Below, piece after piece: positions 1-7,861 of a DNA stretch of 64,000 nt. The position numbers were made by a program, and so were the translations under genes. The DNA comes from Thermoplasmata archaeon (GTDB lineage Archaea; Thermoplasmatota; Thermoplasmata; Lutacidiplasmatales; UBA184): NCBI GenBank assembly GCA_030040775.1, contig JASHTB010000009.1, positions 29,545 through 93,544 of the forward strand, written 5' to 3'. Within the stretch, counting starts at the first letter, position 1; every line of letters begins with the position of its first letter. The notes beneath the pieces were generated by a model that made no database searches, had not been told where the DNA came from, and saw only the letters and a program-made list of their open reading frames with translations.

Positions 1-2
1 GG

Positions 3-557
3 TTCGGTGCGGTCGCCGCCTGTCTGCTCTGCTACACGACCATCCTTCTCGGGGGCACGGTGATGGCGAGCGGGAGCGGCCTCGCCTGTCCGGACTGGCC
101 ATCGTGCTTCGGCAACGGGGACCTCCTCCCCGCCTTCCACGGGAGCGTGGCGATCGAATGGAGCCACCGGGTCTCCGCGTTCTTCCTCTCCGCCACCGTG
201 CTCACCGTCTTCGTTCTCGCGGTCGCTTTCGAGCGCTCTCGACCCGCGCTCCTCCGTATGGCCTTCGGCGCTGTCGTGCTCGTTGTCGGCGAGGCACTGC
301 TCGGGGCGCTGGTCGTCGAGAGCGACCTTCAGGTCCCGATCATCCTGCTCCACCTCGGGATCGCGACCGCGCTCTTCGGCCTCCTGCTCGTCCTCGCGAC
401 GCTCGCGAACCTGCGGGGCCTCCCCCGGCGGTGGCTCGACTGGGCCCGGCGAGCGTCAGAGGAGGTTCCGAACCCAGTGGGCTCCTCCCCCGGTATCGCT
501 TCGCCGTCCCCGCCCTCCGTTCCCGAAGTCCCGTATGGCTGGCCGCGGGAGGGATGA
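3..557 (+). CDS. ctaA: Heme A synthase (COX15/CtaA), short single-domain form, 5' truncated by the window edge
   Basis: Frame is open from position 3; GSGLACPDWPSC, EWSHR and LLHL motifs; about 4 TM helices; next to ctaB. Confidence 0.88.
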   Translation, partial: FGAVAACLLCYTTILLGGTVMASGSGLACPDWPSCFGNGDLLPAFHGSVAIEWSHRVSAFFLSATVLTVFVLAVAFERSRPALLRMAFGAVVLVVGEALLGALVVESDLQVPIILLHLGIATALFGLLLVLATLANLRGLPRRWLDWARRASEEVPNPVGSSPGIASPSPPSVPEVPYGWPREG

Positions 558-578
558 CCGCACGGCGGTCCGTCGGCC

Positions 579-1520
579 ATGCCGAGCTCGGACGCCGCGC
601 CGGACCAGGGTCGCTCCGACGCCGTGAGGCCCGGTCGGAGCCGCGGGCGAGACCTTCTGGAACTCACGAAACCCGGGATCACCGCCCTCATCTGCCTGGT
701 CGCGGTCGGAGGCTTCGTCCTCGCCGACCCGCGTTCGATCGACCTCGCCCGGCTCGCCGAGCTCGTCGTCACCGGAGCCAGCGCCTCGGCCGGCGCGGCG
801 ATGTTGAACCACTACCTCGACCGGGACCTGGACGCGCGGATGCGGCGGACCCGGCGGCGGCCGATCCCGTCGGAGCGGATCGCTCCGGGCTCGCTCGTTG
901 CGGCGCTCGGCCTCGCGTTCCTCGGCGCCGGCATCGCCGCCGCGACCCTCGCCCTGAACCCCCTCACGGGCTTTTCGATCTTCCTCGGCGGCCTCACCTA
1001 CGTCGTCGTCTACACCGCCTGGCTCAAGCGACGCTCGAGCTGGAACATCGTCATCGGCGGCTTCGCCGGGAGCGCTCCGGCCCTCGCCGGGGGGGCGGCC
1101 GCGGTCGGTCACTGGACGCCCGGGGTCCTCGCGTTCTCGCTCCTCGTCTTCCTCTGGACCCCTCCGCACTTCTGGAGCCTCGCGCTCCTCCTCAAGGACG
1201 ACTACGCCCGTGCCGGGCTCCCCATGCTTCCCCGGATGGACGACCCAGCGTACTCGGGAAAGGTCGTGGTCGTGTCGGCCGCGCTCCTCGTTCCCGCCGC
1301 CGTCCTTCTCGGGTGGACCGGCGCCGTGACCTGGCCCGTCCTCGCCGCCCTCCTCGTGCTCGGCCTCCTCTTCGTCGCCGTGACAGCCCCCCTCTGGCAG
1401 CACGTCTCCTCGCGCCTTGCCCGGCGCGGCTTCGTCTACTCCGGTCCGTATCTCCTCGGCGTCATCCTGGCGCTCTGTGCGAACGCGCTGTTCGTCCGGA
1501 GCGGCTTCGTCGGCTGGTGA
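579..1520 (+). CDS. ctaB: Protoheme IX farnesyltransferase (heme O synthase)
   Basis: LTKPGI, NHYLDRDLDARMRRTRRRPIPS, YTAWLKRR, WTPPHFWSLA, DYARAGLPMLP. Confidence 0.96.
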   Translation: MPSSDAAPDQGRSDAVRPGRSRGRDLLELTKPGITALICLVAVGGFVLADPRSIDLARLAELVVTGASASAGAAMLNHYLDRDLDARMRRTRRRPIPSERIAPGSLVAALGLAFLGAGIAAATLALNPLTGFSIFLGGLTYVVVYTAWLKRRSSWNIVIGGFAGSAPALAGGAAAVGHWTPGVLAFSLLVFLWTPPHFWSLALLLKDDYARAGLPMLPRMDDPAYSGKVVVVSAALLVPAAVLLGWTGAVTWPVLAALLVLGLLFVAVTAPLWQHVSSRLARRGFVYSGPYLLGVILALCANALFVRSGFVGW

Positions 1521-1577
1521 ATCCGATTTCACCGGGCGCGGTGAGCTTATCTCAGGGAGCCGACTCTGATAGTCAAC

Positions 1578-2291
1578 ATGCCGGGTCCTGACCGGGTCGG
1601 AGAGCCGAGCGACCGCCTTCGGGTCGCCGAGAGCGTGCTGAAGCGTCTCGGCTACGCCCGCGTTCGCGCGGCGCACCGGCCCCTCATCATCGAGCCGTCG
1701 TTCTGGGTCCAGGAGTCCGGGGTCCCCCGTCGAACGTTCCCGGTCTATGTTCCGGGCTCGGGCCCGGGGCCGGTCGGGGAAGGCATCGACCGCTGGGTGG
1801 CGGCCCTGGGAGAGACGCCCAGCCGGCCGTCCCGGGCCATCTTCGTCGTGCCGACCGACGCCGCGGCGGAGGAGGCGTGGGCCCGCCTCGCCCGCTCTTC
1901 TGCCGGGACGATCGACCACGAGGTCTCCATCCTGGTCGTCCCGCCCTCCGAGCGCGCGGGGGAGTCCCCCCACTTCCACCAGCGGCTCGTCGAACCGAAG
2001 GAGGTCCTGCGCCTCGCGACCGGGATCGTCGTGGGGCTGTTCCGCCGGGCCCAGGATACGGAAGGGCCCGGCCAGGTCGATTTCGAGGAGCTTCTCACGC
2101 TCCTTCGCAGCCGGTTCGGGATCGACGTTCACCGCTCGCTCCGCGTCCAGTCGGACGAGGATGCGCTCTTCCTCCTCTACCAGCTCGCGATGCGCGACTC
2201 GTACGCTCCGGGGGACCCGGGCTCGAACCTGCACTTGCTCGTGTTGAAGCCGACCGGTCCCGCGGCCCGGCTTCCCTGGTTCGCCGCCTGA
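1578..2291 (+). CDS. Hypothetical protein (possibly an inactivated restriction-endonuclease-like fold plus winged helix)
   Basis: 237-aa ORF with globular composition and host-like codon usage; CTTATC element upstream; fold is inference only. Confidence 0.7.
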   Translation: MPGPDRVGEPSDRLRVAESVLKRLGYARVRAAHRPLIIEPSFWVQESGVPRRTFPVYVPGSGPGPVGEGIDRWVAALGETPSRPSRAIFVVPTDAAAEEAWARLARSSAGTIDHEVSILVVPPSERAGESPHFHQRLVEPKEVLRLATGIVVGLFRRAQDTEGPGQVDFEELLTLLRSRFGIDVHRSLRVQSDEDALFLLYQLAMRDSYAPGDPGSNLHLLVLKPTGPAARLPWFAA

Positions 2292-2341
2292 GCCGCGTGC
2301 ACGAACCGAGCCGTTAAGAAGGGTCCGTCCGTCGATCGCCC

Positions 2342-2530
2342 GTGAGCGTAGGCACCGAGCCGTTCCATACCCCCTACACTCCCACCCCCGGTGGGTCTAC
2401 CCCGCCGGCCCACGTCGGTCCCGAAGAGGGGAGCAAGGAGCTCTGGTCGTTCTTCTGGCTCGCCGTCCTCAACACGGTCATCATCGGGGTCGTCGGCATC
2501 GTCACGTGGTGGTTCGTCACGCACCCGTAG
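2342..2530 (+). CDS. Small single-pass membrane protein
   Basis: TTAA at 2314-2317 lies 25 nt upstream of the GTG; hydrophobic C-terminal helix LWSFFWLAVLNTVIIGVVGIVTWWFV. Confidence 0.7.
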   Translation: MSVGTEPFHTPYTPTPGGSTPPAHVGPEEGSKELWSFFWLAVLNTVIIGVVGIVTWWFVTHP

Positions 2531-2594
2531 GTCGGCGGCGCGCTCGGGCTAACATTATCTATCGCGTTCGGGTCGGCGCCCACCGACCCGGCGT

Positions 2595-2669
2595 GGGGCC
2601 GTGGGGTAGCTTGGACCATCCTTCTTGCTTGGGGTGCAAGAGACTCCGATTCAAATTCGGACGGCCCCA
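2595..2669 (+). tRNA. tRNA-Pro(GGG), CCA not encoded
   Basis: Acceptor stem GGGGCCG/CGGCCCC-A, anticodon arm CTTGC-TTGGGGT-GCAAG, T arm TCCGA-TTCAAAT-TCGGA; AT-rich promoter at about 2550-2562. Confidence 0.96.
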
Positions 2670-2910
2670 TCGCCCCGGTCGTTGGGTTCACGGACGCTCC
2701 GAGCACGAGAAAGGCCTCGCGCTCACCGCCGCGCAGTCCCACGGTGATGTCACGAGCCAACCGTGAGGGACGTCGAGCGAACCGGGGCATCGACGGGTCG
2801 GGCGCTCCCGGTCGAGGCCGTCGGGTCGTCGCGACGAAAGAAGGGCGGGTCCGACTCCGGGCGAGACCGAGGCTCATCGTTCATGTAGGCGGCCCGGCTC
2901 TTCTTCCGCC

Positions 2911-3561
2911 GTGAGCCGCCGGTTCGAGCAGGAACGCCGCCGCGACCCGTACTATCGCGCCGCGCAGCGTGAGGGCCTTCGCTCCCGGGCCGCCTTCAAG
3001 CTCGCGTACCTAGACGATCGGTTCCATCTATTCCGGCCGGGCTCGGCCGTTCTCGACCTCGGGGCCGCGCCGGGCGGATGGTCGACGGTGGCCCGTGACC
3101 GGGTCGGACCTCGCGGCCGCGTGGTCGCGGTCGACGCCCGCCCGATCGAGCCGATCGAGGGGGTGCGCGTGGTCCGGGGCCGAGTCGGAGATCCGCGGCT
3201 TCTCTCGCGAGTCGGTCCCGGGCGGTTCGACGTCGTCCTCTCCGACCTCTCCCCATCGATCAGCGGTGCCTACGCGACGGACCACGCCCGGTCGGTGGCG
3301 CTGGTGCGGGAAGCGTTCGCGTTGGCCGGCGAGCTCCTCGCTCCCGGGGGCACGTTCGTCGCGAAGGTGTTCAGCGGGGACCTCCTCGACGACCTCGAAC
3401 GAGAACTCTCCGGCTCGTTCCACCGGGTGCGTCGGACGAAGCCGCCGGCGTCGAGGGAACCCTCGTCCGAGCTCTACCTGGTCGCGTTCGGCTTTCGAGC
3501 TTCTGCTGCCCCGCGTCGTCCGGAAGAGGAGCCGACGCCGCCGCCGGCGTCCGATATATAG
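2911..3561 (+). CDS. rlmE: 23S rRNA Um2552 methyltransferase RlmE/FtsJ
   Basis: DPYY, RSRAAFKL, VLDLGAAPGGWS, VLSDLSP, FVAKVF, ASREPSSELY. Confidence 0.95.
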   Translation: MSRRFEQERRRDPYYRAAQREGLRSRAAFKLAYLDDRFHLFRPGSAVLDLGAAPGGWSTVARDRVGPRGRVVAVDARPIEPIEGVRVVRGRVGDPRLLSRVGPGRFDVVLSDLSPSISGAYATDHARSVALVREAFALAGELLAPGGTFVAKVFSGDLLDDLERELSGSFHRVRRTKPPASREPSSELYLVAFGFRASAAPRRPEEEPTPPPASDI

Positions 3562-3605
3562 TTTCGCCGTTTACCCTCGGACCCCGTTTTGAGGCTTGGT
3601 TACTC

Positions 3606-4781
3606 GTGATCCGTTTTGGACCGGCGGGGATCCCACTCTCCTGCAAAGGGCGGACGCTCCGCGACGGGATCGCCGACGTCCACCACCTCGGACTCACGGC
3701 GATGGAAGTTCAGTTCATCAAGGTCAATCCGCTGACGCGCCTCGCGCTGGACGAGGAGGTCAGCAAGGTCCCGCGCGAGCTCGTCCAGCAGTTGGTCGTG
3801 AGCGTCGGCCCGGCCGAGCACCAAGGAGGTACGCCGGGTCTCGCCGCGCTCACGTCCCCGATCCGGCGGCGCGACTCGCTCACGACGCTCTCGTGGAGCC
3901 TCGCGAAGGACTATGCGGACCTTCAGCAGACGCGGGCCCTGGCGCGCGCGCTCGACACCGACCTCACCCTGCATGCGCCCTACTACGTGGACTTCTTCGG
4001 CTCGGTCGACGCCCGGGAACAGTCGACCCGCCAGATCCAGTGGGCGAGCGTCCTCGCCCAGGGTCTCGGGGCCCGGCTCGCCGTCACTCACCTCGGGTTC
4101 TACGGCCCCGGCAATCGGGCCGACTCGGTGCAGCAGCTCACCGAGATCGTCATCGACCTCTCCGACTGGCTCACCAAGTTCTCCAAGGGCACGGTTCGCC
4201 TCGCCATCGAGCCGAGCGGGCATCCCGACGTCTTCGGCTCCCGCGAGGAGGTCCTCGAGCTCGTCCGCCGGGTGAAGGGAACGGTCCCGGTACTGAACCT
4301 CCCCCACGTCGCCGCGCGAGAGCGGACGACCTTCGAGTCGACGGACCAGCTCGAGCCGCTCCTCCGTCAGTTCGTCGCCGCGACGCACGGCCCGCTCTAC
4401 CTGAACTTCTCGGGGGTCGAGTTCTACGGTCCGGGCGAGTTCCGCCTGACTCCGATCAAGCGGGGACTGGTGCGGTTCGACCCGATCGCCGAGCTCCTCG
4501 CCGAGCGCGACTACGACGTAACCGTAATTTCGAGCTCGCCTCTCCTAGAGCACGACGCGATGTACATGAAGCTCCTCTACGAGCGGGCGCTCACCCGGCG
4601 CTGGACGAAACAACACGCGCCGCCGGCGCCTCGTCCCGCGCCCAAGCCCGCGCCCGCGCGGCCCGCGGTGGCGCCGCTTCGTCCGAAGCCGAAGGCCCGG
4701 CCGGCGCACGCGAGATACGCGGGCCGCCCCGCGCCGCATCGCAAGGAGGTGAGGGCGCATGCCCGGCCCCGGCGGCGGTAG
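3606..4781 (+). CDS. Endonuclease IV-like TIM-barrel protein, probably catalytically degenerate
   Basis: IRFGPAGIP, AMEVQF, LHAPYY, THLGFY; several C-terminal metal ligands are replaced. Confidence 0.85.
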   Translation: MIRFGPAGIPLSCKGRTLRDGIADVHHLGLTAMEVQFIKVNPLTRLALDEEVSKVPRELVQQLVVSVGPAEHQGGTPGLAALTSPIRRRDSLTTLSWSLAKDYADLQQTRALARALDTDLTLHAPYYVDFFGSVDAREQSTRQIQWASVLAQGLGARLAVTHLGFYGPGNRADSVQQLTEIVIDLSDWLTKFSKGTVRLAIEPSGHPDVFGSREEVLELVRRVKGTVPVLNLPHVAARERTTFESTDQLEPLLRQFVAATHGPLYLNFSGVEFYGPGEFRLTPIKRGLVRFDPIAELLAERDYDVTVISSSPLLEHDAMYMKLLYERALTRRWTKQHAPPAPRPAPKPAPARPAVAPLRPKPKARPAHARYAGRPAPHRKEVRAHARPRRR

Positions 4782-5331
4782 CGGCACGACGTTCGCTCGC
4801 GCCGAGCGGTATATCGGCGAGCGGGTGACCACCGCGCTCGAGCGGATCGACCCGAAGTCGATCGCGCACGCGGTCAACATCCTCTCGAGCGTCCCTCAGA
4901 TCTTTGTCTACGGAGCAGGGCGGAGCGGGATCATCGGCCGGGCGTTCGCGATGCGCTTGGTCCAAGCCGGGCTTCGGGCCTACGTGATCGGAGAGAGCGT
5001 GACGCCGATCGTCTCCCGGAACGATGCCGCGTTCATCCTCTCCGGCCAGGGAGAGAGCTACTCGTCCATCCAGACGGCGAACATCGTCCGTCGCGAGGGA
5101 GCCCAGCTGATCGTTCTTACGTCGCGGCCGGGGTCGAAGCTCGCGCACACGGCAACCCTGCTCCTGCTCGTGGAGTTCCGCGAGGACCCCGAGCGACCCC
5201 GACTCGCTCCGCTGGGCACGCTCTTCGAGTCGGCGAGTCTCCGCCTCACGGACGGCCTCGTCGCCGAGCTGATCCGAGCCCGCGGGGAGAGCGAAGAGTC
5301 GATGCGACGCCGTCACGCGATCATGGTCTAG
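4759..5331 (+). CDS. hxlB: 6-phospho-3-hexuloisomerase (SIS domain)
   Basis: IFVYGAGRSG, FAMRL, VIGESVTP, LAPLGTLFE and the C-terminal RHA motif. Confidence 0.88.
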   Translation: MPGPGGGSGTTFARAERYIGERVTTALERIDPKSIAHAVNILSSVPQIFVYGAGRSGIIGRAFAMRLVQAGLRAYVIGESVTPIVSRNDAAFILSGQGESYSSIQTANIVRREGAQLIVLTSRPGSKLAHTATLLLLVEFREDPERPRLAPLGTLFESASLRLTDGLVAELIRARGESEESMRRRHAIMV

Positions 5332-5378
5332 GCGCGCTTGGACGCCACCTTTAAGGGTGCGGCTCCTTGCAGCCCGAC

Positions 5379-5879
5379 GTGCCGCGGCCTCGTCCGCCCG
5401 TTTCCCACAGCCTGGTGCCGGTCCCCTCCCGATTCTTCGTGACGAGCGGCAAGGGGATCAACAAGACGAGCGAGCTCAACGCGTTCGACCTCGCCCTCCT
5501 CCAGGCCGGGATCGGCGAGCAGAACCTCGTCAGCGTCTCTTCGGTCCTCCCGACGGGGATCCGCCAGGTCGACCGGGAACCGATTACCCGGGGGGCGATC
5601 ACCCACACGGTCCTCTCGCGCCACGCCGGGGGCGAAGGCGAGGTGATCAGCGCCGGGATCGCCTACGGATTCCGCTCCGACGGGCAGGGCGGGTACGTCG
5701 CGGAGGGCCATCTCCACGGAACCCAGAAGTCGCTCAAGGAGTTCCTCAAGTGGCGGATGGAAGAGATCGCGCACTTTCGCGGCGTGGAGCTGCGTCGGAT
5801 CCACTACCGCACCGAGGAGCTCTCGATCCCGATGGACCACTACGGGGTCTGCATCGCCGCCTGTGTTTTCCTCCCCTGA
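5379..5879 (+). CDS. pdaD: Pyruvoyl-dependent arginine decarboxylase
   Basis: AFDLALLQAGIGEQNLVSVSSVLP (Ser-Ser self-cleavage site); TTTAA at 5350-5354 supports the GTG at 5379. Confidence 0.92.
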   Translation: MPRPRPPVSHSLVPVPSRFFVTSGKGINKTSELNAFDLALLQAGIGEQNLVSVSSVLPTGIRQVDREPITRGAITHTVLSRHAGGEGEVISAGIAYGFRSDGQGGYVAEGHLHGTQKSLKEFLKWRMEEIAHFRGVELRRIHYRTEELSIPMDHYGVCIAACVFLP

Positions 5880-5899
5880 TCGGGGGTCGACGAGGCCGC

Positions 5900-6235
5900 C
5901 TAGAGGAGCTTTCGGAAGAGGAGCTTGTCTTCGAGGCTCCCGTCGATCGTGAGCTTGCGGGTTACGAGGGCCTTCATCGGCCCGATCTCCTTGCGCACGA
6001 GGCCGTGGAACGTCGCGCTGTCCGTCGTGATCCTGAGGTCGGCCTTCGGGGCCGCGCCCGAGCGCAGGTTCGACAGGTGCCCCTTCGCGAGGTCGACGGC
6101 GTACGTTCCTCCGTCGGTGAGGTGGATCTGGATCGTCCGCTCGACCCCGTCGAGTTCCTCTGCGGTAGCGGGGTTGCGGTCGGCGTGACGGTTGAACCGC
6201 TCGACGACGGACGCGAGCGTCTCCTCCACCGTCAT
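5900..6235 (-). CDS. SCP2 sterol/lipid-binding domain protein
   Basis: ADLRITTDSATF...PMKALVTRKLTIDGS pattern; ATGA overlap with the rnhB stop. Confidence 0.85.
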   Translation of the reverse strand: MTVEETLASVVERFNRHADRNPATAEELDGVERTIQIHLTDGGTYAVDLAKGHLSNLRSGAAPKADLRITTDSATFHGLVRKEIGPMKALVTRKLTIDGSLEDKLLFRKLL

Positions 6236-6897
6236 CGGTCGAACGCCTCGAGGGATGGACCCGGCCACCCGAGCTTAACCCTTTGCACCGTCTGCCAGGA
6301 GCGGCGGATCCAGGACGGCACCGAGCCGTCCTTCGCGAGGTGGCGTCGAACCGCGTCGCGGGTCCGCGGGTCCGACGGGTACCCGCTGCCGATCTCCTCC
6401 CCCAGGAGCTCGGCGAGCCGGACAATCGCTCGGTCCCGTTCGACCTTCGCGACGATGGACGCGGCCCCGACGACCCGCTCGTCGCGGTCCGCGTAGTGTC
6501 GAGCGATGACGCGGGCGCGGCCTCCCGAGAGGGCGCAGACCGCCCGGCCGAAACGGGACGCGTTCGCGTCGCACGCATCGATGAGCGCCACGTCCGGTGA
6601 AAGCTCTCGCACGAGCCGCGCGAACTCCCGGGCCTCGAGCCGGTTCAAACCGCGGTGTCGGACAAACCGGTCGATCTCGGCCGGCGGGATGGCGACCACA
6701 GCGCATTGTCCGAGATCTCGGAGGGCGGCGTACACCTCCTCGCGCCGCCGCGGCGAGAGCGTTTTCGAGTCGGCCGCTCCGACCCGGGCGAGGGCGTCCA
6801 ACCGGTCTCGAGAAACGAGGAACGCGCCCACGACGAGCGGACCGAGGACGCTGCCGCGTCCCGCCTCGTCGATGCCGAGGATCCGCTCGGGCGGCGT
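6232..6897 (-). CDS. rnhB: Ribonuclease HII (probable ACG start)
   Basis: ILGIDEAGRGSVLGPLVV lies upstream of the ORF-track start; DSK, DACD, AASIVAKVERD, GSGYPSDPRT; PIP-like C-terminal SLEAF. Confidence 0.93.
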   Translation of the reverse strand, partial: TPPERILGIDEAGRGSVLGPLVVGAFLVSRDRLDALARVGAADSKTLSPRRREEVYAALRDLGQCAVVAIPPAEIDRFVRHRGLNRLEAREFARLVRELSPDVALIDACDANASRFGRAVCALSGGRARVIARHYADRDERVVGAASIVAKVERDRAIVRLAELLGEEIGSGYPSDPRTRDAVRRHLAKDGSVPSWIRRSWQTVQRVKLGWPGPSLEAFDR

Positions 6898-6930
6898 ACG
6901 GCCTCCGGCGGAGGCCTAGACCGACAATCG

Positions 6931-6937
6931 AATTAAA
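6931..6937. promoter_or_regulatory. Shared TATA-like box between divergent rnhB and the aldolase gene
   Basis: AATTAAA, the only AT-rich patch in the gap, 22 nt before the ATG at 6959. Confidence 0.6.
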
Positions 6938-6958
6938 CCGGCGCGAGGGTGCCCGGGC

Positions 6959-7858
6959 ATGAGTCTGGACGGCCTCGTGGTCCCGACGGCGACCCTCTTC
7001 GCCGAGGACGGAGCGCTCGACCCGGGGAAGAACGCGAAGTTCGCCCGAGGGCTCTCGGAGGCTCGGGTCGACCACCTGTTCGTGCTCGGCTCGCTCGGCG
7101 AATTCCCGTCCGTCACGGACGAGGAACGGTCCCGTCTGGTCGAGGTGGTGGTCGAGAGCGCGGCGGGGAAGACGGACGTTTACGTCGGGTGCGGGGCTCC
7201 CTCGACCCGACAGGCCGTCCGGTACGCCGAGGAAGCCGAGTCCGCGGGAGCGGCCGCGGTGGTGGCGGTACCGCCCTACTACCTCCACCCTCCGCTCTCC
7301 GCGGTCGAGCGATACTATCGGGCGATCCGGGCGGCGGTGACGCTGCCGCTGCTCGCCTACAACATTCCCTCGCTGGTGGGGTACGCGCTACCTCCTCGAC
7401 TCGTCCATCGACTCGCCCGCGACGGGGTTCTCGCCGGCGTGAAGGACACGTCCGGCTCCCTCGAGAGCGTCGTGTCGTTCCTCGCCGACGCTCCCTCGTC
7501 GTTCGCGGTGTTCCCAGGGGACGACGCTCTGGCCGGGGAGTCGATTGCCCGCGGCGCCGCCGGGGCCGTGATGGGAATCGCGAACATCGTGCCGAAGCTC
7601 TGCGTCGAGCTGGTGGCCGCGGCCCGCGGGGGAAGGCGGGAGCGGGCCGAGGAGCTTCAGAAGCTCGTCGACGCGCTCGTCGAGATCAGCCGGGCGGGCC
7701 CGTTCCCGTCGACCGACAAGTTTCTGGCGGCCGAGCTCCGAGGACAAGAGGTCGGCTACCGAGCGCCGTACGACCCGCTGAGCGAGGAGGAGAGGGCGGC
7801 GGTCGTGGAGCGGCTCAACCCCTATCGAGAGCGCCTGGCTCCCTTCCTGACGAAGTAG
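6959..7858 (+). CDS. DHDPS-family aldolase, likely 2-keto-3-deoxygluconate aldolase
   Basis: GSLGEF, PPYY, YNIP and GVKDTSG (Schiff-base Lys); directly upstream of glucose dehydrogenase. Confidence 0.85.
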   Translation: MSLDGLVVPTATLFAEDGALDPGKNAKFARGLSEARVDHLFVLGSLGEFPSVTDEERSRLVEVVVESAAGKTDVYVGCGAPSTRQAVRYAEEAESAGAAAVVAVPPYYLHPPLSAVERYYRAIRAAVTLPLLAYNIPSLVGYALPPRLVHRLARDGVLAGVKDTSGSLESVVSFLADAPSSFAVFPGDDALAGESIARGAAGAVMGIANIVPKLCVELVAAARGGRRERAEELQKLVDALVEISRAGPFPSTDKFLAAELRGQEVGYRAPYDPLSEEERAAVVERLNPYRERLAPFLTK

Positions 7859-7861
7859 ACG

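Noticed and set aside
2374-2877. 167-aa minus-strand ORF
   Set aside because: Runs antisense across the tRNA and the small TM gene; Arg/Pro-rich with no motifs.
2670-2910. SRP RNA or RNase P RNA
   Set aside because: The helix-8 GNAR/AGCAR motif and the GAGGAAAGUCC P4 motif were not found on either strand.
6895-6927. TTG-TCG-GTC-TAG readthrough (pyrrolysine or amber recoding) at the rnhB 5' end
   Set aside because: TAG is the normal stop for many genes here, no pyl genes are seen, and the TTG is too close to the TATA box to be transcribed.
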